Source of the DNA: Acidobacteriota bacterium
Lineage (GTDB): Bacteria > Acidobacteriota > Thermoanaerobaculia > Multivoradales > J023
DNA length: 54,125 nucleotides
NCBI GenBank assembly: GCA_039184055.1
Contig: JBCDBH010000002.1
Coordinates: 1 to 54,125 of the forward strand
Direction of reading: 5' to 3'
The notes under the pieces are model-generated. The model had not been told where the DNA came from, searched no databases, and was given only the letters and a program-made list of their open reading frames with translations. Positions 46,878 to 54,125 of the stretch are shown piece by piece; the first letter of the stretch is position 1, and each line of letters starts with the position of its first letter. The position numbers were made by a program, and so were the translations under genes.

Positions 46878-48496
46878 CAGCCTACACAGCCGCTGACTTG
46901 GCTGGTGGCGTCACCACGTTGAGCCCGCGGAAGGGTCTCGAGGACGCGTGCCGCTTCGTCACATTGGCCTTGTCCGACGAGAAGGGCGATCAGCCGTCGT
47001 GTCGCGGGGTGGAGGTTCGGGTCGGCCATGAGCGCCCGACGGTAGGCATCGAGCGCTTGTTCGGTGTCGCCGTTGTCCTCGAGGAGGATGCCCAGATTGG
47101 CCCAGGTAATGGCTCGGTTCGGTGCTCGCTCGACGACGGCGCGGAGTTGTTGGATGGCCGCCGTGAGCTCGTTTTCCTCGGAGAGCGCATCGGCGAGTCG
47201 AAGACGGGGTTCGAGCCAGGCTGGGTTCCGCTCGATCACCCCACGCCACATGTCGATGGCCTCCGCGTGACGATCGAGCTCGGTGAGAACGACCGCGCGA
47301 AGATGACGCGCGCCGTCGTGTCGTGGGTCGAGGTCGATGACACGGGTGAACGCGGCCTCGGCTTCGTCGAGACGACCGAGCCTGGCGAGCGCGGAGCCCA
47401 GGTTGTGATGCGCTTCGGGAAATTCCGGGGCGAGGGCGACGGCTCGTTCGAGCAGGGGGATGGCGGCCGCGGGTTGACCGGCGTTCCCGAGCCGGGAGCC
47501 ATAGTCGAAGAGCAAGCGTGGATTGTCGGGACGGAGCTCGACAGCGCGTGCGTAGGTGTCGAAGGCATCGGAGTCACCACGTCGAGCTTTGGCCTGGGCG
47601 AGATCCTGCCACGCGTCGGCGTCGTCCGGGGCGCGTTCGAGCACGGCCTCGTATCCATCGATGGCCTGATCGAGCTGATCGGCACCGAGCGCGGCGGCGG
47701 CGCGGGCTCGCAGGTTGCCAAGATCGTCATCCCGTAGTGCGCGCACCGCGTCGAGCCGTGGGTCGGCAACCGGGATTTGGCCACGTCCGGCGCGGCCGAA
47801 ATGGAATCGGGCTTTGGTGTCGTCACCCAGTTGCGCGTACGCGCCTTGGAGCTCGATATGGAGAGAGGTCGCGCCTGGCGCGGCTTCGAGAGCGGTTTCC
47901 CAAAATGCCGCGGCATCGCCCCAGCGCCCGCGGCGCGCGGCGATTCGTCCGATGGCCGCCAGCGCCGCGGCGTCGTTGGGATCCGTGGAGAGAATGTCGC
48001 GCAGCACGCTCTCGGCATCGTCGTCACGGCCGAGGTCGAGATACGCACGAGCGAGCTGGGTGCGGGCGAGTCGATCGTCGGGGGCGTGCTCGATTACACG
48101 CTCGAAGGCCCGTGCCGCGGCTTGGAGGTCGCCCCGTTGACGTTCGAGGTGGCCGAGAAGATGAGGCCATAGAGGCTCGTCGGGAGCGAGTCGGGTCGCG
48201 TTCTCGTACGCCGGCCGGGCGAGAAAGGCGAGATCGTAGGCATGAGCGAGTCGACCGAGCTCGCCGTGAGCCTCGGCGGTGCTCGCGGCGTCGAGGGCGC
48301 GCCGCCGCTCTTCGAGGCGTGCGGCGAGATCCGGAGCGAGCTGAGTGGTGTCGATGTCAGGGATGGGAAGGAGCTCGGAGGCCGTGGTCGAGGTCGGTGT
48401 GTCCGATGACGTGGCTTCCGGTACGTCTTCCGGGGCCTTGGCACATGCCATCACGATAGCGAACCAGATGAGGCACCAGGCCACGCGTACCTTCAT
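46877..48496 (-). CDS. TPR repeat lipoprotein
   Basis: Lipobox VMAC; many TPRs (AHHNLGSALARLGRLDEA, WANLGILL); ATGA overlap with the upstream gene. Confidence 0.85.
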   Translation of the reverse strand: MKVRVAWCLIWFAIVMACAKAPEDVPEATSSDTPTSTTASELLPIPDIDTTQLAPDLAARLEERRRALDAASTAEAHGELGRLAHAYDLAFLARPAYENATRLAPDEPLWPHLLGHLERQRGDLQAAARAFERVIEHAPDDRLARTQLARAYLDLGRDDDAESVLRDILSTDPNDAAALAAIGRIAARRGRWGDAAAFWETALEAAPGATSLHIELQGAYAQLGDDTKARFHFGRAGRGQIPVADPRLDAVRALRDDDLGNLRARAAAALGADQLDQAIDGYEAVLERAPDDADAWQDLAQAKARRGDSDAFDTYARAVELRPDNPRLLFDYGSRLGNAGQPAAAIPLLERAVALAPEFPEAHHNLGSALARLGRLDEAEAAFTRVIDLDPRHDGARHLRAVVLTELDRHAEAIDMWRGVIERNPAWLEPRLRLADALSEENELTAAIQQLRAVVERAPNRAITWANLGILLEDNGDTEQALDAYRRALMADPNLHPATRRLIALLVGQGQCDEAARVLETLPRAQRGDATSQVSGCVG

Positions 48497-50256
48497 GACG
48501 ACTCTCCCTGGCCACGAACGAGGGTCGTGTAGCGACCGGTCGCGACTCTTCGGAACCACTCACAGCCCCGGTGGGGCCAACATGCCTCGACGTCCACGGC
48601 TGGCGCGGCTTGGCCGAGACGGACCGTGACCCGTGGATCGGACGCCGACGCGTAGCTGCCGTCGGTGGCGACCCGGCGCAGCAGCGACGGTTGGCCGTCG
48701 CGGTGCACGCGAAGGATCGTTCCCAAGGCGTCACGCACGGCACCGTCGCCGACTGGAATCACCGCGCGAATCCCGACCCACGTCGACGGTTCGGGTTGTC
48801 CGAGCTGGATCAATGCCCGCGCGGGCCCGTGGTTGGTGGTGATGACGACGTCGACATCGCCATCGTTGTCGAGATCGCCAAAGGCGGCGCCCCGGCCCAC
48901 TTCGGAACGAGCAAACGCGGGACCGGCCGTGGCGCTGACCTCGTCGTAGACCAAGGCCTCGGCCCGACGGCGAAAGACCTGGTCGCGTTGGTGAAAGGGG
49001 AACGTATCGCCCTGGAGGAGGAGATCAGGAATCACTTTGACATCGCCGTTGACCGCCAAAATATCGAGATGACCGTCGCCATCGAAGTCGTGAAATCCGA
49101 CACCGAAGCCCGTCATGGGAAGACTCGACGCGGCGAGGCCGACAGCGTCGGTGACGTCGGTGTAGGCGACCTCGTCGTTACGGTAGAAGGTATGCGTCTC
49201 GCCATCGAGGTGCGTGAGCAGAAGGTCGAAATCGCCATCTTCATCGGCGTCCCCGACCGCGATCCCCATCGAGGCCTCGGCGGCGCCCCGGCCGTTGACG
49301 GCGAGGCCGTAGGTCGTGGCCTGGTCGACCCATGTGCCGTCCTCCCCCAGGATCCACAGCTGATTGATGAATTGATCGTTGGCGACATAGAGCGCCGGCC
49401 GGGATACGCCAGCATCGTCCGTGAGCTCGAGCGCGACCGCGCCGAGTCCGGCTAGGGGAAGGGCCGAGTCGAGGCCGGTTTTGCTGGTGATGTCTTCGAA
49501 ACGGCCGTTGCCGCGATTGTGGAAGAAACGGTCGGTTTGCGGCGTGAACACGGTGGGGTTGCAATAGTCGGGGCCACCGAGATCGGTCGTACAGCGACGG
49601 TGCAGACCGCGTGACACGTTCAAATAACGACCGACATAGAGATCGAGCAGGTCGTCGGGGTCGAGGTCGAGAAAGACCGCCGCCACGCTCCAGCCGACAT
49701 CCCCGGTCGCGCTCGTCGCAGTCGCGTTCTCGAAGGTGCCGTCACCGCGATTGCGCCACAGCTGATTGCCGGGAAGGGCTTCGCCCGGAGCGCTCCAATT
49801 GGTGACATAGAGGTCGGTCCAGCCATCGTTGTCGATATCGCCCGTCATCACGCCCATGCCATAACCACGCGCATCGATGCCGCTGCTCTGCGTCACATCG
49901 GTGAAGACTGGGCCGTCGCCGTCGAGATCATTACGCAGCAGCCGATCGACGTGCTCGGGATTGGGAACACAGTCACGGGTCAGACACCGTCCTTGCACCA
50001 GGTAGATGTCGAGATCGCCGTCGTTGTCGAAGTCGAACAGGGCGGCGCCCGCTCCATAGAGCTCGGGCATGAAATACTCGCCTGCGAAGCCGCCCTCATG
50101 GTGGAAGTCCAGGTCGAGCTCCGCGAGCAGCGTTCGAGAGGTCGAAACACTCGTAGCGGGCGATGACACCGGCTGTTCGGGAATGACGTCGCCACATGCG
50201 ATGAGGCATGCGCTGGCCGCGACCAGTGTTGGCCAAGAGGAGAGCGATAGGCTCAT
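48493..50256 (-). CDS. CRTAC1/ASPIC-UnbV family protein with FG-GAP repeats
   Basis: FDFDNDGDLDIYLV, GDIDNDGWTDLYV, GRGAAFGDLDNDGDVD, GSYASASDPR; lipobox LIAC. Confidence 0.88.
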   Translation of the reverse strand: MSLSLSSWPTLVAASACLIACGDVIPEQPVSSPATSVSTSRTLLAELDLDFHHEGGFAGEYFMPELYGAGAALFDFDNDGDLDIYLVQGRCLTRDCVPNPEHVDRLLRNDLDGDGPVFTDVTQSSGIDARGYGMGVMTGDIDNDGWTDLYVTNWSAPGEALPGNQLWRNRGDGTFENATATSATGDVGWSVAAVFLDLDPDDLLDLYVGRYLNVSRGLHRRCTTDLGGPDYCNPTVFTPQTDRFFHNRGNGRFEDITSKTGLDSALPLAGLGAVALELTDDAGVSRPALYVANDQFINQLWILGEDGTWVDQATTYGLAVNGRGAAEASMGIAVGDADEDGDFDLLLTHLDGETHTFYRNDEVAYTDVTDAVGLAASSLPMTGFGVGFHDFDGDGHLDILAVNGDVKVIPDLLLQGDTFPFHQRDQVFRRRAEALVYDEVSATAGPAFARSEVGRGAAFGDLDNDGDVDVVITTNHGPARALIQLGQPEPSTWVGIRAVIPVGDGAVRDALGTILRVHRDGQPSLLRRVATDGSYASASDPRVTVRLGQAAPAVDVEACWPHRGCEWFRRVATGRYTTLVRGQGESS

Positions 50257-51631
50257 GGCGAGAAGTATCGCACGCACGCCAGCGCGCACCAGCACGAAAG
50301 AAAAGGACCGCGCCACCGGGATCCTGGCCGATCTGCCTCGGTTCGGCCGCGGTATCGGCTTGCATCGGTCGGTCGCCTTGCTCGAGCCACTGGTCGATCA
50401 GACCTGGTGGCGACGTCTCGATGCCATCAAGGTGACCGGCTCGTACGGCAAGGGCAGCGTCGCGACGATGATCGCGGCCATTCTGCATGCCGCCGATATT
50501 CCCTGCGGTCTCTTCACCTCACCCCATTTGCGTAGCTTCGAGGAGCGAATCCAGCTCGATGGTGAACCGATCGAGCCGGCGGTGCTCGATGCTGCCGCGG
50601 GACGGCTGCGCTCCCGGCTCACCGCGTACAAAAGCGAATACCCGCAAGACAAAGTGGGGTATTTCGAAGCGCTGACCGCTTTGGCGTGTTACGCCTTCGC
50701 TGAAAAGAAGCCGGCGGCCTTGGTGGCCGAAGCAGGAATCGGTGGCCGGTTCGATCCGACGCGGGTGATTCCGGGTCAAACTACCGTTCTCACCGGTCTC
50801 GATCACGAGCATGTCGACCTTCTCGGTGGCTCGCTCGAGACCATCGCCTACGACAAGTTGGATCTCGCCAGCGCCGGCGGGACCCTTCTCACCGGACGGT
50901 TGAGCGCCGACCTGGTACGCCGGCTACGCGGGGCGGCGCAGGTTCGAGGCATCTCGCTCAAGACGCTCGACGACCTCGCCGCGAGCCGTCGTCCCCGGCT
51001 GACCTCGATTTCGACGATCGCCGACTTGACCGTCGATGGCTCGAGCTTCGAAGCTCTGGAAATCAATGCCGCCGGTGAGCACCAGATCGACAACGCGGCG
51101 TTGGCGGCGGCCGCCGCCAGTCATTGGCTACGACGCAATCATCCCGAGGTCGATATCGCCACGGCGATTCGGATCGGGCTCGGCCGCGTTCGTCTGCCGG
51201 GTCGGTTTCAGCGGGTGCATCGCGATCCGGATGTGTGGATCGATCTCGCCCACACGCCCCGCTCGATCGCGGCGAGCGCGCTCGCCGCGCATGCGGTGTT
51301 GTCACCACCGGTGATTTTGGTGACCGGTCTGTCGACGGACAAGGACTATGACGCGTTATTGAGTCCGCTTCTGCCGTTGGCGTCCAGGGTCATCGTCACG
51401 CGGGCGCGCCATCGGGGGGCTCCGGTGGGCGCGGTGGCGGCACGCGCGCACTCACTCGGTGCCAACCTGGTCGACACGGCGCCGGTGGTCGAGACGGCCC
51501 TCGCGCACGCACTGGCGCGTGCTCGCGCCGAGGATCGATCGGTATTGGTCGCGGGTGGGTTCTTTCTCGCCGCCGAGGCGCTCGCCGTGCTCGAAAAGCG
51601 CGATCCCAGCAGGTTGGCCTATCCGCGCTGA
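50255..51631 (+). CDS. Divergent FolC/Mur-ligase family protein
   Basis: KVTGSYGKGS, FTSPHL..FEERI, EAGIGGRFDPTR, HQIDNAALA, LPGRFQ, DLAHTP; start uncertain. Confidence 0.8.
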   Translation: MARSIARTPARTSTKEKDRATGILADLPRFGRGIGLHRSVALLEPLVDQTWWRRLDAIKVTGSYGKGSVATMIAAILHAADIPCGLFTSPHLRSFEERIQLDGEPIEPAVLDAAAGRLRSRLTAYKSEYPQDKVGYFEALTALACYAFAEKKPAALVAEAGIGGRFDPTRVIPGQTTVLTGLDHEHVDLLGGSLETIAYDKLDLASAGGTLLTGRLSADLVRRLRGAAQVRGISLKTLDDLAASRRPRLTSISTIADLTVDGSSFEALEINAAGEHQIDNAALAAAAASHWLRRNHPEVDIATAIRIGLGRVRLPGRFQRVHRDPDVWIDLAHTPRSIAASALAAHAVLSPPVILVTGLSTDKDYDALLSPLLPLASRVIVTRARHRGAPVGAVAARAHSLGANLVDTAPVVETALAHALARARAEDRSVLVAGGFFLAAEALAVLEKRDPSRLAYPR

Positions 51632-52626
51632 GCGTCGAGCAAAGCTTCGACGACCCGCATTTCAGCGGCGATGGCATCCTCGCGATGTTCCGTGGTGGCC
51701 ATGTGGGCGAGACTGGGTGAGGCGTTGATTTCGAGCAGCACGGCGCGCTCGGGATCGGCGTGTTCCGGATCATCGGAGTCGATTCGCCAATCGATTCCAT
51801 AGTGCCGTAGCCCGGGGCCGAGCACGGTGGCGACGCGCTTGGTGTGCTCGATCCAGCGTGCTGGAACCTCGAGCAGGCGCTCGCCGATACAGAGTCGGTT
51901 CAGGTTGAGAATGACGCCCGATAAATCGACTTCTCGGTCCGTAGAGAGCACCTGATCGAGCGCGATGCCGCTGGCTATCCACAGAGGGTCGTCGGTGAGC
52001 TCCATGAGCCGCTCATGGTCGGCGAAGCGACGGTCGGCCGAGGCGAGTAGCTCGCGCACCGTGCTGGTGCCGTTGCCGTGGAGAATCACCGGACGGCGCC
52101 GGTACGCGAAGAGAAGCTTGTCGTCGAGGATGTCGATACGCAGATCGACGCCCGGCGCCGGAGTCTGCACCAACGCCAAATAATCACGCTGCCAGATTTG
52201 TTCGATGGCCTGGGTCAAGGCGTCGGCATCGTGCACCAGCGCGATGTCTCGGCCGCGGGCCCCAGCATTGGGTTTGACCACCACCGGCCAGCCATGTGTC
52301 TCGGCGAATCGAAGACCGGGCTCGGTGCCGATCAGGGCCGGATAACGAGCGTCGGTAAAGGTGCCGGGACGGAGACAGCGCACCGACTCAGGCGTGCGAA
52401 ACCCGGCGCGCCGAGCGAGGAGCAACGTGTGGCTTTTGTCTTGGGCCAGACGCGCGGTGAGGGTGGTGTTGAGAGGTGAGAGACCGCCGAGGAGTAAGCA
52501 CTCGCTGTGCCCCCGGTGAATGCTCCACAAGAATCCGCTGTCGGGGTCCAAGCTCGTGGCCTCACAACCGAGACGCCGGGCGGCTTCGAGTCGGACGGCG
52601 AGTGGTGGTGGCGGTGGCAGGCTCAT
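51619..52626 (-). CDS. ATP-grasp ligase (resembles cyanophycin synthetase/GshAB ATP-grasp region)
   Basis: LAQDKSHT, WPVVVKPNAGARGRDI, DLRI, GNGTSTVREL, GID, LLEINASPS; ATGA overlap with folC. Confidence 0.78.
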   Translation of the reverse strand: MSLPPPPPLAVRLEAARRLGCEATSLDPDSGFLWSIHRGHSECLLLGGLSPLNTTLTARLAQDKSHTLLLARRAGFRTPESVRCLRPGTFTDARYPALIGTEPGLRFAETHGWPVVVKPNAGARGRDIALVHDADALTQAIEQIWQRDYLALVQTPAPGVDLRIDILDDKLLFAYRRRPVILHGNGTSTVRELLASADRRFADHERLMELTDDPLWIASGIALDQVLSTDREVDLSGVILNLNRLCIGERLLEVPARWIEHTKRVATVLGPGLRHYGIDWRIDSDDPEHADPERAVLLEINASPSLAHMATTEHREDAIAAEMRVVEALLDAQRG

Positions 52627-53921
52627 CGCGCGCGGGATCCACCGGCGACCTCGACCGTTTGCGTCAGGGTGTGCAGATGGGCGCGCAGCTGGCCGACAAA
52701 GGCGATCGAACCGGTCGCGACGATCGTCGTTCCCGGTGCCGCGTTGTCGAGAAGGTGATCGAGAGCCTGGCTCGGTTCGGAGATCAGGGTTGCGCTCGTG
52801 AGGCTCTTGTCGGCGTTTCGGATCGTCTCGGGATCCCATGTCCGAGGCGTATCGGGTCGGGTGAGCACCACGCGTTCGGCCCGAGGCGCCAGATGCGCCA
52901 ACATGCCTGCGGCGTCTTTGTCGGCGAGCGTGCCGAACAAAAGGTCGTACGACACCGATTCGAGCGTGTTGGCCAGAGCACGTGCCGAGGCGGGGTTGTG
53001 AGCGCCATCGAGCACCACTCGGGAATCGCCCAGGATGAACGACTCGAGTCGCGCCGGCCAGTGAACGCTCGCCGCGCCGCGGGCGATCGCGTTGGCGTCG
53101 AGTCGTGTGAAGCCATCCGTGGCCAGTTGCTCAGCGGCCAGCGTGGCGAGCGCCAGGTTGTACCGCTGGTGCCGGCCGGCGAGCGGCAACTGGAGGCGAT
53201 AGGACCGCTGCGGTGTCGAAAACGTGACTTCTTGTGCGGCTAGAGGCGGCCCCGTGCCGTCGAGATCGGTGATCACATCCGACGCCACGGTCAGCGGCAC
53301 GGCGAGAAAGAGAGCCGCCGCGCGGATCACCGCCTGAGCATCGGGTTCGAGCCAGCCACAGATCGCCGGACGCCGGGCACGCATGACACCAGCTTTTTCC
53401 TGGGCGATGGCGGCACGGGTCTCACCGAGCCATTGCTGATGATCGAGCTCGACGTTGGTGAGCACCGACAAGGTCGGCGTGGTGACGACGTTGGTCGCGT
53501 CCCGCGCCCCGCCCATTCCGACCTCGACTACCGCGAGATCGACCTCGGCGCGTGCGAACGCGACGTAGGCCGCGGCGGTGAGGGCTTCGAACGGACTGAG
53601 ACGAGGCTCGGGATCAGCCTGGTCGATGTCGTCGAGGATTCGATCGAGACCTTCACGACCGATCGCCGCGCCATCGATCGTGATCTGTTCGTGAGCCGCA
53701 CCGAGCGAGGGTGAGGAAAACGTGCCGACTCGATAGCCGGCCGCTCGCACCATCGACGCGAGCAAGGCGGACGTCGAACCTTTGCCGTTGGTGCCGGTGA
53801 CGAGCACGACCGGCATCGCATCTTGAGGCTGGTCCAGCGCACGCAACACCGGCCTGAGTCGTTCCAAGCCGAGCTCGATGACCCGTGCGGCACGCGTGGC
53901 GAGCCGATGTTCGATGGTCAA
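52623..53921 (-). CDS. folC: Folylpolyglutamate/dihydrofolate synthase family protein
   Basis: [51 protein letters not shown]. Confidence 0.85.
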   Translation of the reverse strand: MTIEHRLATRAARVIELGLERLRPVLRALDQPQDAMPVVLVTGTNGKGSTSALLASMVRAAGYRVGTFSSPSLGAAHEQITIDGAAIGREGLDRILDDIDQADPEPRLSPFEALTAAAYVAFARAEVDLAVVEVGMGGARDATNVVTTPTLSVLTNVELDHQQWLGETRAAIAQEKAGVMRARRPAICGWLEPDAQAVIRAAALFLAVPLTVASDVITDLDGTGPPLAAQEVTFSTPQRSYRLQLPLAGRHQRYNLALATLAAEQLATDGFTRLDANAIARGAASVHWPARLESFILGDSRVVLDGAHNPASARALANTLESVSYDLLFGTLADKDAAGMLAHLAPRAERVVLTRPDTPRTWDPETIRNADKSLTSATLISEPSQALDHLLDNAAPGTTIVATGSIAFVGQLRAHLHTLTQTVEVAGGSRAR

Positions 53922-54125
53922 GACTCGGCGGGCCTGGGAGTCAGGTGGCGGAGACAGCGGGCGATCGTCGTTTTCATCTGGGGACGATCGACGATCATGT
54001 CCAAAAAGCCCTTGTCGAGCAGGAATTCACTGCGCTGAAAGCCGTCCGGAAGGCTCTGTCGAATCGTCTGCTCGATGACGCGAGGACCGGCAAAACCGAT
54101 CAGCGCTCCCGGCTCGGCGATGTTC

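Noticed and set aside
51619-52626. Calling the ATP-grasp gene cyanophycin synthetase
   Set aside because: Only about 335 aa, no fused Mur-like domain and no cyanophycinase nearby.
1-54125. tRNA, rRNA, integrase, transposase or prophage genes
   Set aside because: None recognised by eye; intergenic spaces show no cloverleaf or rRNA signatures.

Overview
GC-rich genomic window from a diderm bacterium; gene content and the TPR-protein style suggest Acidobacteriota (Thermoanaerobaculia-like), which is inference only. The left half is mostly housekeeping: bamD-cpoB-LysM-Fis-like HTH-SLT, tatA, an AmgK-like kinase, TerC, a MetX-family acyltransferase, a radical SAM enzyme, a lipid kinase, ruvBA, ppiD/surA and mreBCD-mrdA-rodA-rng. 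The right half is accessory: (i) an AraC-HTH/TPR regulator convergent with a small secreted peptide gene carrying repeated P-aromatic-I-x-P..G motifs, the best candidate for an undescribed RRNPP-like peptide signalling system; (ii) a type III PKS/methyltransferase/ACP/FAAL/flavoprotein phenolic-lipid cluster; (iii) a second FAAL-ACP cassette with a ferritin-like diiron enzyme and a DUF374 (LpxJ-like) acyltransferase, followed by a hypothetical gene, fahA and acetoacetate-CoA ligase; (iv) a Ser/Thr kinase-NTPase-helical repeat protein; (v) CRTAC1-TPR-DinB; (vi) two differently degenerate FolC paralogs flanking an ATP-grasp ligase. Non-coding structure includes two copies of a long palindromic element and a degenerate 41-bp tandem array. 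The first ORF looks like an adenosine deaminase/Rpe chimera, possibly a misassembly. I recognised no rRNA, tRNA, CRISPR array or transposase. All calls are from motif recognition by eye, without database searches; several start codons are best guesses.
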